Of a stretch of DNA of 64,000 nucleotides, positions 35,586 to 48,889 are shown piece after piece. Under the pieces are notes generated by a model. It worked only from the letters and a program-made list of their open reading frames with translations, had not been told where the DNA came from and did no database searches. The stretch spans positions 25,661,662 through 25,725,661 of the forward strand of contig CM119264.1 in the NCBI GenBank assembly GCA_051294375.1. The letters run 5' to 3'. Position 1 is the first letter of the stretch, and the number at the start of each line of letters is the position of its first letter. The translations under genes and the position numbers were made by a program. Origin of the DNA: Paraspadella gotoi (lineage: Eukaryota > Animalia > Chaetognatha).

Positions 35586-37026
35586 GAAGAAATTAGAGAC
35601 AACAAAAAAACTGGAGACGCAAAATGAAGTAAAAAAGACTAATAGATGAAGTTATTAAAATGAGATGGGGTAAATAGAGAAAGGAGTAGGAAATTAAGCA
35701 ATATTAGACAATCGGATGTTGAGAAGAATGCGGAATGACTTTTATCGGTTTTGGTCGTGAAGGAAAAGGCAAAGGTAAAGATAAAAGCAACTGAGAAGAA
35801 TGACTTTCTGTGACTTTCAAGGGAGCGATTAGCAAGGGAAGGAATTGAATGGCCAATAGAACAGTTCTACAAAGACATACTACTTGAACGTCTTTCACTT
35901 TCGCTTTGAAATCAACTGTTACAGTAAGCAAACGTTCATGAAATATTCGAGGATTCGCCAACAAAAAGAGTAAAGAAATTCAATGAGTCGCGAGCAAACT
36001 CCGAATATCAAGATTCTTTGAAACGAGGAGAAAGACGACTATGACGACGACGAAAAAACGAAGACGACGACGACGACGACGACGAAGACGACGACGATGA
36101 GGAAAAAGCGGAAAGAAACTCTTTACCAATATTTTTCAGCAGTATTTACGTTTACTCTCATGTCTGCTCTCTGCATCAATTCGTCAAAGGTATTTTATAG
36201 ATTCGAAGAGAAACAAACATTTTTTTCGAAAATAAAGAATTCAGTTGAAATAGTCCATTGGCAGTGACAGAATAAAGCTGCCGCAAGACGACGCACCGGA
36301 GGCGGCGTCTGAGTCCCCCTGGCGCTGGGCGGAGAGGGGAGAGGGAGGCAAGCGTCATCGCCGAAAGAAACCGGAAATGGTGGGCGTGTCTGGGGGGGTT
36401 GGGTGAGATGGGGAAAGATCTGGGGAGAGACGGGGGGCGAAGAGAAAGGCGACGCCCCGCCCGGGTTTTTGTGATCGGCATCACAAAAGGAAAATAGCAA
36501 ATCCCGAGAAACGCGGACGACTTGAAAGGGAAATGGAAAATGAAGTGCTGACAAAAAACTTCGGGGGGAAAAAAGGCGACAGATTCGCGAGACGGGAGAG
36601 TGAAAGATGGTGACGACGACGACAACGACGACGACGTCCAATTGATGGCGTCGAAGGCGCGAAGGACAACAAAAGACGTCGTTAAAGAAAGAAGCGAACG
36701 GCGTCAAAATCATATTAAATCGAAAATCTTTGTTACTCTCGATGAAGTTAATGTATAGTAAAATAAAATCTCAATGCGAAATAACAGAATAACATTTTAT
36801 CGAAGACGTTGCGTTACCAGATTTGGACCTTTGGTGCCGAAAAAATGCTAATGCTTTTTATGAATTAAGATTTTAAGGAGAAACATTAAAAATCTTCAGA
36901 AATTCTCACAATAGAAAATTTTCTTTTCTTTTTTCTTTCTTTTCTCTCACGAAAGTAACAAGCTTGTCATCCAAGAGGAATAAGTTATGAAGAAAAAGGG
37001 AAAGAGAGAAAAAGGTTGGAAGAAGA

Positions 37027-37130
<104 letters not shown>

Positions 37131-38544
37131 GGAGAAGAGAGAGAAGAGGAGAAGAAGAGCGGGGTTCTCATTAGCTCCGGGAAAACCTGACGATCGCACC
37201 GATGGATCCGGAAAGAATAATTTTCTCTTCGAACTTCTTTCCAACTTTTTTTTCTCTTTGTCCCCCTCCTTTCCACCCCCGCCAATAACCCCCCCCTTCA
37301 TTCCCCCCTTCGAAGATGAGGTGAAGCGAAAGGAAACAGAAAGATGGCGCGACACGGAGGCGAAAGTGACGCGCGGTGTTGGCGTTGGCGTTGGCGTGGA
37401 AGGTGACAAGTTTGGGCGACGGAGCGAAGAGTGGATTTGACGGGGGGGGGGGAGAGATTGATGGGTGGAGGGTAGAAAAGTTTGAGGTATAAATTGAAGG
37501 GTGGTGACCGACTGACTGGGTAAATATTCGATGGAAAAAAGGTTATTAAACTGGTTAAGAACCCCAAAAGAGCTTAGCGTTTTTAAAAATATTAAATTAA
37601 AGTTATAAATCATATTTTTTTTTATTCAGGGAGTGGTGTCTTTATACAATTAAAACATTCTTTGATAGGGAACCTAGGAATACTGGGAGTGAATAAAAGA
37701 GACTGTGAGAGAGTCTTGAATGCAGGGACCTGCTATGTTATTATCTTGTAAGTGTGACGGATGCCTTAATCCATCAAAGCCTGTCCAAAGTCAGGGAATG
37801 GATAATTAAATAAATGAATAATTTTTATATTGGTTGTTCCAATTACATTAAATAATCGATTCAATTTTAGCAGATGAGAGAAACTGTTTCAGTTTCCGAT
37901 TCCATATCAGATTATCTTGAAGCTTTTTGTTTCATTGGTTTTTCTCTTCATAAACTTTTTTTTTCTGGAATTAATTAATTTATTTTATTAAATTAAATTA
38001 CTTAAAAATATAAAATCTTCAAATTCAAGGATACGAGGATAATTTGTACCATTTCTAAACGCGGATATAAAAAAAAATCTAAAACAAAGTTACAATCTTT
38101 AAATAAATAAGAAAAAATAATCTGCCGTCACTTGTCAATTCCCTTCGGCTTTTCCATCGCTTTATAATGCAATTTAAAAAAAAAATAAATTCAATAAATC
38201 TTTGAGCTTTTAATCTAGTTTGCCCGGTGGAAAATAAAAATATGAAAAAAAGGATCCAAAGCTGGGTTATCGTTGGAAAGTGGGGAAGAGAAGAAGAGAG
38301 AGAGAAAAAAAGAGAGAGAGAATTTATTTTTCTTTCAGTCGCTTGATCAATGTTGACGGGAAAAACCTCGTGGGGCGAAAGCCGAGATCCATATTGCCAA
38401 CCAGTTTTTTTTTTTTTTTTATAAACGCGAAATTAATTAGTTTTTATATTACGATTTGTCTTGGGCTCTGAACCGTGTTTTGAGTTATAGGCTTTAGAGC
38501 TGAAGCAATGGACTCTAGCTCTCTCTCGCTCTTTCTCTCTCTCG

Positions 38545-38644
<100 letters not shown>

Positions 38645-38850
38645 TTTCTCTCTCTCATAAGAGGCTTTCTTTCCTTTCCCACTCTCTCTCACTCTCTTCT
38701 CCTTTATTGAGCTGTTTTTTCTCCTCCTTCTAATAAGGGGCCACTTTCTAAGACGAATGAATGTCAAGAGTCTTCTTCGGCCGAAGGAAAGCAAGTTATT
38801 ACTCAGGCGCCGCCGATAGTTCCGGCGCCCCGGCGTCGTTGCCGGCGTCT

Positions 38851-38881
<31 letters not shown>

Positions 38882-39149
38882 CTGAGTCTTTGATGGTGAT
38901 TTTGTTTCCTTCGTCGACGAGTCAACCTCGCTACCATTTAGAGATTTTATAGAATATTTCTAAGTATATTACTACTTATTATTACTTGTGATATTTGTAA
39001 AAATATGATAATGAAACGATGATGATGATGGATATAATGATGATGATAAAGACGTAAATGATGATGATGATGAAGATGATGATAATGTTGATGTGATAGT
39101 CGACGTCGGCGTCTTTTACTTTACAAAATACTTTGTCACTATTCTTGAC

Positions 39150-39156
39150 GTCGTCT

Positions 39157-39188
<32 letters not shown>

Positions 39189-39225
39189 GTCATCGTCGTC
39201 GTCGTCATCGTCGTCATCGTCGTCG
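39150..39225. repeat. (GTC)n microsatellite (others at 25527-25557, 28600-28682, 38851-38881)
   Basis: Read directly from the sequence. Confidence 0.9.
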
Positions 39226-39306
39226 TCTCAATTTTTTTCGTTGTCGTTGTTCTTCTCATGATTACGTGTCATTTCTAGACTTGCTCTTAGAAATTGTGGC
39301 ACTTAC

Positions 39307-39318
39307 GACCCGTTTACG
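39307..39318 (-). CDS. Candidate 12-nt microexon (cgtaaacgggtc)
   Basis: The minus strand reads acatctcag|cgtaaacgggtc|gtaagt, preceded by about 100 nt of C/T-rich, AG-free sequence. The length preserves the reading frame. Confidence 0.35.
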
Positions 39319-39744
39319 CTGAGATGTGGATTGGGTGGGGTTCGGGTGGAGGAAAGGTGAGGTTAATGGGTGAGGCGTGGAAGGTAAGAAAATGAGATGG
39401 AGGTGAAGGAATGAATGAGGTTGACAGGAATATAGGAAGATTTGAGGAGAAGAAAAGAGAAAGAAGGAAACTTGGAAAAGAAATTAATGAAAAAGGAAAA
39501 GACCGAAGCTCTAGAAGAATATTTAAAAACTCACAGAAATAAACTATATCTCGTTGGCTTAATATACAAAAAAAAAAGAATTTGAGAAGAACCTTTCGAA
39601 ACCGAATAGAAATATCGAGGAGAAAAAGAAAAATAAAAAGAAAAAGAAAAAGAAAGAAGGTAAGGAATAAAGAAAAGGATGAAAGTGAGTGAACGTCGAA
39701 GACATCGGAAACGAAATTGGTTCGTCCCAAACGTGGAGAGACAT

Positions 39745-40080
39745 GAAGCTATGGTGCTGGCGATGGCGCCATGGTGCTGGCGTGATGATGGTGCCATGGT
39801 GATTTTATTGGTTTCATGGGGCTGGAGAAGGTGCCATAGTATGAGGATGTATTATGACATTGTGCTGTCGTGGCGCCGTAATAGTGCAGTGGTGGTGGCG
39901 TGATAATGGTTCAATCGTGCTGGAGAAGAGTCTACGGTGGGCGGGGATACTGCTTTTGTGCTGGCTCGGTGATGGGCTTATCGTGCTCCGATTGCTTTCA
40001 TGATGCTGGCATTACTGCCCCGGACCAGCCACCGTGCTGCCGATAGTGCTACGGCGCTATCGATAGTTCCATTGTGCTTT
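39745..40080. repeat. Degenerate short-period repeat (atggtgctggcg / atcgtgctg motifs)
   Basis: at(g/c)gtgct(g/c) recurs every 10-40 nt. Confidence 0.5.
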
Positions 40081-40188
40081 GGCATTAGAAATGGAGCCGG
40101 CGGAAAAAAAAATCTGGATTGGGAGACAAGAGATCTGGGACCGAGGTCCGAGAAAAAGTTTTGGGTTATGGTTTAGAGAGAGGAAACT

Positions 40189-40288
<100 letters not shown>

Positions 40289-40958
40289 AAGGCTGAATAT
40301 TGGGTTAAAAGGGTCTTGAAAACGAAGAGGAAGAGAAGAGGATGAGAAGAGAAAATTGGAAATGGAAAATGGAAATGAAAAAGTGGAAAAGAAAGAGTTA
40401 AATGAAGTGGAAAAGATTATTATTATAAGTAAATTGATTAAGTTAAAATAGAAATAATAAAATTTATTTGAAAACGGAAATGAAAAATACGTAGTAAAGA
40501 AAAGAAATTTTGTTGTTGTTTTGAAATGAAAAGACATAAATCTATAAACTAACAAAGATAATAAAAGAGGTAAAATAAAAATTAACAAACGTTTCTCATA
40601 AGAAAACTCTTGAGGCGATTGCATCACATCCGGACCTAAGAACGAAGAAAAACGAGGAAAAGAATTGGAAGAAACGTCCGATTGAGAATTCGGGTTTGAC
40701 AAGTGAATCCAAACGTCAAAACTCTTCAAAACTGAAGCGAATGTGAAGAGAAATTCCGAGATGAGGTTTAGGGCTTTTGACAGTCGAAGAAGGGAGTGTC
40801 CGTGAGACCGAGGAGTTACGCGCGCATGCGTGAAAGACCTTTTCGGGACTGGATTCACAGGAAAATGAGCGTGAATGAAGACTTCGAGGATATCATTCGA
40901 ATAATTAATATTTTCACTTGAAATTAGGGGAAAAAAAAATTGTATAATAACAATAACG

Positions 40959-41259
40959 GTAATTCCAATGTGTTGAGCCGCAGTGACTTTATTTTAATGT
41001 CTATTCCCTTTTGATCACATGATATGACATGACATGACATGACTAAAAAACTTTCTATGCCTGTGTATTTATGACATGCACTGCATCAAAATTCCGTCTT
41101 TTATTGCTTATAGTTTTAGAAATTCCTGAAGGCGGCGCTCGCAGTCTCCTAGATTTGAGGTTTTTTTCTGTGAGCAACTGTTAGCAACCAACTATAGGCA
41201 ATTATATACATTTTTAACGAAAAGTGACTTATGGAGTTGCTCCTCGGCATAACTAAAAA
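40959..41259 (-). mobile_element. Interspersed repeat family member, inverted relative to 22121-22478
   Basis: aattccaatgtg.tg.gccgcagtgacttt, tgatatgacatga, cctgaaggcggcgct and aaagtgacttat.gagttgctcc are reverse complements of motifs in 22121-22478. The copy differs mainly by substitutions plus one internal deletion. Confidence 0.7.
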
Positions 41260-42354
41260 CCTTTAAAAGTCATAAAAAAAAGTGTATGGATGTTAATAGA
41301 AATACCCGAGAAATATGCGAAAGATGTGCGCTTTGCACAATGCACACTGTGCAAACTTCAAAAATTGATTAGGCGACGAAGAAGAGAAGAGAGGAGAAAC
41401 GATATTGGAGTTTGACGCGAACTGAAAAGAGAGGAAGGAGATAATAAATTCCTCTTGTACAAAAAATAATAGAATGCGGAACAAGAATGGAAAGAAAGGT
41501 AAGAGTGGAAAGCAAGGAAGGGAGAAAGGAGAAAGAAAAATGGTCAAAAAGAAAGTAAAGAGAAAACTAAGTAAGAGGAGAAGAAGGAGAGGAGGAATTA
41601 AGACGTCTCTCTCCCAGGGAGAATCTCCGAGGAAAGATGGATTGAAGGATGTTGATGGATGAGGATGTTGTGGAGGATGAGGTCAGTGAAGGATGTTGAT
41701 GGATGTACTGGAGGATAAGCTGGAGGTAGGAGGTTCGCTGTGGGGGATGGATTATAAATAGGATCGAGTGTTTAGTTATTTTCGAAATTTAATATAAATG
41801 TCGAGTGTTGTTTTGGGCATAGTTAACCAAAGATTGTAGTCCTTAAACGAGAATGACAGAGAATCTAAATATTATTGGTTGAGACTTATCCCTTTTTTAT
41901 CTTTGCTAAGGATTTTATGTTGAAACTCGTGCTGCAATCGACATTTCATCGAATAAATGAATTTAAATCCTAATTAAGATATATCATTAGTATATTCCCA
42001 GATTAACTTAAACCTTTATTCTTTTACTTTATATATTTATCTCTCGCCGTCTCTATATCCTTTTCTTGATGAACTCACATCCGTCTTTTTTTTTCTCTCT
42101 CCCTTTTTTCGTGAAACCTAATCCTCTTTCTTCCTCTACTCACTCAATCGAACACCCTAATCCTCTCTTTCACTCTCTTTCTTTTTCTCTTTCTCTTTTA
42201 ATCTTTTTTTCTCTTCTCTTCTCTTTTTTTCTCTTCTCTTCTGTCTCCCGTTCTATTTTTATACGTTATTTCTTTCTTTCTTTCTTTTTTCGATCTTTCT
42301 ATCTTTCTTTCTTCTTTCTTCTTTTTTCTTCTTTCTTGTCTTTCTTTCTTTCTT

Positions 42355-42385
<31 letters not shown>

Positions 42386-42387
42386 CT

Positions 42388-42450
<63 letters not shown>

Positions 42451-43851
42451 CCCCTCTCTCCCACTCCTTCCCCTTATTCGAAAAGCCAGAAAATTAATCT
42501 CACACAGATAGAACTTTTTTCTTACGCCAGGTGAATCGAGATTTCATCTTTCTCAAGATTTCCCTCTCCCCGATGCCTCGTTTTCACAAATTCCCAACCG
42601 CCCAACGCCCCACTCTCCCTTATTTCCCCCAATGCCCCCGAAAATCTCCCCCATTTCTCCATCGCTCCGATTTTCCCACTTCTCCCATCCACCGCCCTTC
42701 CGTTTATATTTTCTCTCGAATTTCCCCGACGCCGAATCGAACCGGAAGAATTCGATCGAACCTTTAATCCTGACTTCTAGATCTTCACGTTGGCGTCACA
42801 ATTACTTTTCAACTCTTTCCAATCTTTTACTCACGATTTTCTCACTCAATAAGTTTTACTCACCATTTACAACTATCTCAGTCTCTCTAACGTTTACCAA
42901 CCACGATTCCTCTTTCTCTCCCATTACCCAAAACTCAACCGCCCTATCCGATCGAAAATACCCCTCTTGTGGCCTTTCTCTCCTTTCCTTTCATTTTCTT
43001 TCCTTGCCTTTTTTTATCTTTCCTTTACTGGAATTTAGTTTACTTTACTTTTTTCTCATTTCCCATTTTTCCTTTCTTTCCCATTTCTTTATGCTTCTAT
43101 TTTTTCTTACTTTCCCAGTTTCCTTTTACTTTTCTTCGTCGTCCTACGTATCTTTCCCCATTTCTTTTTACTTCCCCCTTTTCTTTTTTCTTCCCCATTT
43201 TCTTTTACTTTTCCTCCTTTTCCTTTCTTTCCGCCATTTCCTTTTACTTTCCCCCTTTTTTCTTTCTTTCCCTTATTTCTTTCTTCTCTTTTCCCCCGGA
43301 AAACCCAAAGTTCAAAGTTGAAGGCCGATAAATCATTTTTTAAGGGGAAGCGACTTTCTTTCTTCTTTTTTTTCCTTTCATTTTAACTTTCGTCGATTTT
43401 TCTTTTTCTTTTTCTCTTCAGAAACTTTGGCGATGGCGTTTATTTTTCCGGCAATCCGTCTTTAGCAGGGAGACCTTAATCAATCTCTCTCTCTTTCGCT
43501 CACTTTCTCTCTCTCTCTCCCTCTCTTTTCTCCCTTTATTATTTTTCATTTTGTCGTTCCCTTCGGAATCGACGAAGGCGCTGGAAGTGGAAGCGTCGGA
43601 ACTCTGAAGCGATATTCAGAAGCGGCGCGAAGAACGAAATTAAAAGGCAATGTCCCTAGGATATCAAAATTTATAATAATTTATTTATAATTTATATTTA
43701 AATTTACTTTCATAATTAATTTATAAAAGTTGTAATTACTCAAGGAACGCAAGGAATTGTTAGTAATTTATTTTCAAAAATGTTTTGAGGAAGGGACCGC
43801 CGACCCTTTTAATCCAACTCGTCTGCCATTGTTTTCACTTTTCATTTTATA

Positions 43852-43891
<40 letters not shown>

Positions 43892-43937
43892 CTCTTCTCT
43901 CTCTCTCTCTCTTCTCTCTTTCTCTCTTTCTCTCTTT

Positions 43938-44012
<75 letters not shown>

Positions 44013-44084
44013 ATCTTTCTTCATTACCTTTCCTTCGCGCCTCTTTAATCTTCTCTCTCTCCCACCTTGAGTTGGGGAGGCGTT

Positions 44085-47000
44085 GACTTGGTGGCGCGAA
44101 GCGTCGAGCGCCGTAACGTCGTCGCGGGAATTGGATGCGCTTTTGTCTGCCGCGGAAAAATTACAGGCGAGAAGAAGATATGGGGGTGAGGAGAAGGAAA
44201 GGAAAGTAGACGAGAGGGAGAGGGAGAGAGTTAGAGAGAGAGAGAGAGAGAGAGAGGAGAAGAGAGAGGAGAGAGAGGAGAGAGAGAGAGAGAGATGCGA
44301 TGAGAGAGAGAGAGAAGAGAGAAAAGTAGTGAATGAATGAGGAGAGAAAACAATTAGACGAAGTTATTAAGCCGAAAAGAAGAGAGAAATGAGAGGAATT
44401 AGCCGGAGGAAAATCCAAATGAAGAGGAAAGAAAAAAAAAAGAAAAAAAAAGGAGAGTAGGGTGAGAGAGAAATTTCTGAATAAAAAAAACGAAAGAAGA
44501 AAAAAAAAGAGGAAAACTGATAAGAAAAGGGGGAAAAAAAGAAGAGGGAATATGAGATAAAATTAGAGATGAGGAAAGGGAGGAAGGGAACCCAGGGAAA
44601 AAAAAGTAAGCTGTGGATCGTAGGAAGGAAAAAAGAGGAGGAACGGCGAAACGCCCTTCTCCGCGGAGGAAAGGAAAGGGAGCGGGAGGAAGAATAATTA
44701 ACTAATTTAATAAGTCTTTGGAAAATTAACTTCTTTTGACGTTTAAAGGCTCTCTCGTCTTCTTTTGTTTTTTTTCCTCGAAGAGCTGAACTAAATGAAA
44801 TTTTAAAAAATGAGTTTTCCTCTTGTCAACAAAAGCGGAGTAAGACAAAGAGGCAATGAGCCTTTCATTAAGCCGGAATGTAAACAAACATCAATAATTA
44901 TTTAGAAACTAAACAAGAAAAAACAAACGAGTGTTTTAAAGAAAATATTTTAATATTAACATGGAGCTGAGTGAAAAAATCAGGACTTATATTTAGATTT
45001 TAAGAAATGAGGCCAAAATAATTTGACACCGAAAAAATTAGTGTTGCATTGTGTTAAAAAAATAGAACATTCATTAAAAAATAAAACGAAGATGACATTT
45101 TCAGTGACAGGATGACATGATGACAAATTTACGATGAAGGTACATGAGTCACACAGAGTGTAGAGAATAGAACGATTTTAAAGCTTTCTCTTTCTTTTTG
45201 ATCTCTCGTATTACCGATGACCATATTTGCTTATTTCGGCTGTTGGACCAATTTTTAATGACTTTATGAGTCAATTCTCAAAGTAAGAGATATTTGGAAA
45301 TCGTTTTTAGTTTCTAATAAGAACTCAATTGATACGTCCACCCGCTTTGGAAACTATGTTTTTACACGTTTCCTTTGAATAATTACTGATAATAAAGTTT
45401 TTGGAAAATACTATGAAACTACTTTTTATTCTATTGGAGACTATGTTACAACATCCCAAGCGGGCGACATCGAATGCTAGTCTTTGCAGGCGTGAAAGGA
45501 AAAAAAAATTACCCATAATTAGTGTTATACATATTAAATACAATAAAAAAAAACGAATACCAAGAAATGAAATAGTGGGACAAAAATGACAACTCAGTTG
45601 ATAAAAAAGAGAAAAACGACGACGATGACGACGACGACAAAAACGACGACAACGAAGAAGTTTCTTTCATTCGCCTCATGGACGACGAAACGATTTTTTC
45701 GCCATCAACCGGCGACTGACCCATGAGCTGTCGTCGTTGACGTCGTCGTCGTCGTCGTCTTTGTCGGTGACTTAACGTCACCCAGGAACATATTCCCAGA
45801 AGCAATAAGGAATAAGGAGAGACCCTAATCCTTAATCTCTTCGAGACGACAATCATCTGCCTCCGGTCTCTTTCCTCGTCCAACGGAATGAAGTGTCGTT
45901 TGGAGGAGGAAAGGGAGGGAAAGAGAAGAAGGAGAGGAAAGGGAGGAAAGAGATGAAAGGAGAGGAAAGGGATGAAAGGAGAGGAAAGGGAGGAAATTGA
46001 GGGAAAGGGAGGAAAGGGAGGTAATGGAGGAAAGGAGAGGAAAGGGCGGATAGGAGAGGAAAGGGAGTAAATGGTAGGAAATGGAGGAAAGGGAGGAAAG
46101 AGAGGTAAAGGAGAAAAAGAGAAGAAAGGAGAAGAAAAGGATGAAAGGAGAGGAAATGGAGGAATGGGAGGTAAAGGGAGGAAAGGGAGGAAAGGAGAGA
46201 AAAGGGAAGAAAGGGAGGAAAGAGAGGAAAGGGAGGAAAGAGAGGAAAAGGGGAAGTTGAGGGGAAAGAAAAGGAAGGAAGGAAGAAAAATGGAAGAAAA
46301 ACGCTGCGCCGCGACATGAAGCATCCCGCTTTTGTCTGCCCCGCTGGAAAAATTACAGCGCCGAGAAGATAGATCATGGGTAGGAAGCCGGAGAAGGAAA
46401 GCGAACAGTAGAGGAGAGGGAACGAGGTGAGAGAGTTAGAGAGAGAGAAGCAGAGAGAGGGAGGAGAGATGAGTAAGACCTGAGAGACCGATTGTAGCAG
46501 AGCAAGAAGAGAGAGAGAGAAAGTACGTGAATACAATGAGGAGATGAAAACAATTCAAGTACGCAAGTTATAGCCGAAGAGAGAAGAGAGAACACTGAGA
46601 TGGAATTAGCCAGCAGGGAAAATCCAAAATGAAGCAGAAGAGAAAAAAAAAAAGAAAAAAAGGAGAGTAGGGTTGAGAGAAATTTCTGAATATAAAAAAA
46701 CGAAGAAGAAAAAAACGAGGAAAAAAAAAAAAAAAAAGAAAACAAGAAAAAATAGCCAAGAAATACTGATAAAAGAAAAGGACGGAAAGCACACAAGAAG
46801 AGGAAATATGTGAGGCCATAAAATTAGAGATTGAGGAAAGGGACAGCGAAGGGAACCGCGAGGAACAAGATAAACGTATAGCTGTGGATCGTAGGAAGGA
46901 AAAAGAGCAGAAGAGAACGGCCGCAAACGCCCTCTTCTTCGCGGAGAAAGGAAGGAGCGTGAGGTAAGAATAATTGAACTAATCTAATAAAGTTCTTTTT

Positions 47001-48800
47001 GCGTAAATATTTATACTTCTTGTTACCGGTTTAAACGGCTCTCTCGTCTTACGTTTGTTTTTTGTTCCTCGACAGAGACCCGTGAAGCTAAATGAAATTA
47101 TTAAAACACTGAGTTTTCTCTTGTCAACACAAAAGCCGAGGAGAACAAAGAGGCAGCATGAGCCTTTTCATTTAAGCCGGAATGTAAAAACTGAAACATC
47201 AAGATAATTTATGTAGAACAACTAAACATAAGAAGAAAACAAACGAGTGTTTTAAAAAAATATTTTAATATATAACATGGGAGCTGAGTGAAAAAAATCA
47301 GACTTATATATAGATTTTTAGAAACATGAGGCCCACAAAGTAATTTGACACCAAAAAATAAGTGGTGCATTGTGTTTAAAAAAGAATAGAACATTCATTT
47401 AAAAATAAAAAGAAGATGACATTTACAGTGACAGGATGACATGATGACATAATTTACGATGAAGGTACATGATCACACAGAGTGCGAGAGAATAGAACGA
47501 TTTTAAAGCTTCTCATCTTCTTTTTGCATCCTCCTCGTTATTACGCGAGATGACCACTATTTGCTTATTCGCTGTTGGAGCAATTTTTAATGACTTTATG
47601 AGTCACAATTCTTCAAAGTAAGAGATAATTTGGAAATCGTTTTAGTTTCTTATAAAGAACTCAATTGATACGTCCACCCGCTTTGGAGAACCTTTATTTT
47701 TACACGTTTCCTCTTTGAATAATTACTGATAATAAAGTTTTGGAAAATACTATGAAAACACTCTTTTTATTACTATTTGGAGACATGTTACAACATCCCA
47801 AGCGGCGCAGACATCGTCAATACTAGCTCTTTTGCACAAGTGGCGTGAAAGGGAAAAAAAAAATTACCCATAATTAGTGGTTATACATATTTAAATAACA
47901 ATAAAAAAACGAATTCCAAGAAATGAAATTGTGGCGACAAAAATGACAACTCAGTTGATAAAAAAGAGAAAAAACGAACGACGATGACGACGACGACGAA
48001 AAAAACGACAGACAACGAAGAAGTTTCTTTCATTCGCGCTCATGGACGACGAAACGATATTTTTTGCCATCAACCCGCGCAGCTGACCCTATGAAGCTGT
48101 CGTCCGGTTGACGTCGTCGTCGTTCGTCCGTCCTCGTCGTCCGTCGTCGTATGGTCGGTGAGCTTAACGTCACCCAGGAACATATTCCCAGAAGCAATAA
48201 GGAATAAGGAAGAGACCCTAATCCTTAATCTCTTCGAGACGACAATCATCTGCCTCCGCGTCTCTTTCCTCGTCCAACGGAATGAAGTGTCGTTTGGGTC
48301 GGACAGAAAAGGGGAGGTAAGGGGAGGCAAAGAATGAAAGACAAAGTGCAGAAGGAGAGCGAAAGGGGAGAAAGAGTCATGACAAAAGTCGACGGAGGGA
48401 AAGGGACGTGAAATTGAGGGAAATGCGGAGCAGAAGGAAGGAAGCAGAATGAAAGTGAGAGAATAGGGGGCATAGCAACGAGGAAAGCGGAGAAAAACTG
48501 TAAGCGCAAAAAGGAGGAAAGGGCATGGTTAGGACGCGATATGGAGGAAAGGGACTTGCAAGGACGAGGAAAGCGGAGGAACAGAGAGAGCGAAAGGCGC
48601 AAGAAAGAAACGCCGAGGGAAAGGAGGCAAAAGAGAGCAACGGGAAGGCGACAAGGGAGGAAAGCGGAGACAAGAGACCTGCTAATTGGCGAGAAAAAGA
48701 GAAGAAAGGAGAGGCAAAAGGTATGAAAGGGCAGAGGCAAATGCGAGGTTAAAGAGCGAGGAAAAGGCGAGCGAAGTGGAGGAAAATTGCGAGGAAAAAA
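44085..48800 (+). repeat. Tandem duplication of about 2.2 kb: clean copy 44085-46300, insertion-rich copy 46300-48800
   Basis: Colinear anchors: gcttttgtctgcc, ggagagtagggt(t)gagagaaatttctgaat, gctgtggatcgtaggaagg, aactcaattgatacgtccacccgctttgga, cttaacgtcacccaggaacatattcccagaagc. Confidence 0.92.
45900..46270. repeat. 9-bp purine minisatellite (RGAGGAAAG)n
   Basis: Recurrent ggaggaaag/agaggaaag, almost purine-only. Confidence 0.85.
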
Positions 48801-48889
48801 AGAGGAAAGGATGAAAAAGGAAAAGAAAGGCGAGGAACGAAGAACAACAATAGAAGAAAAACGCAGATTACACAATATAAGGTAAAAAA

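Noticed and set aside
38700-38960. Thr/Asp/Ser-rich exon around (GTC)n
   Set aside because: Several frames on both strands are open because of the repeat, and there is no convincing splice pair or codon bias.
45900-46320. Collagen-like or RGG-like ORF (GKGGKRGK)
   Set aside because: It is a 9-bp purine minisatellite. The Gly periodicity is not maintained and there is no Pro.
44085-48800. Genuine tandem segmental duplication
   Set aside because: The second copy differs almost only by scattered 1-2 nt insertions, the signature of an unpolished long read.
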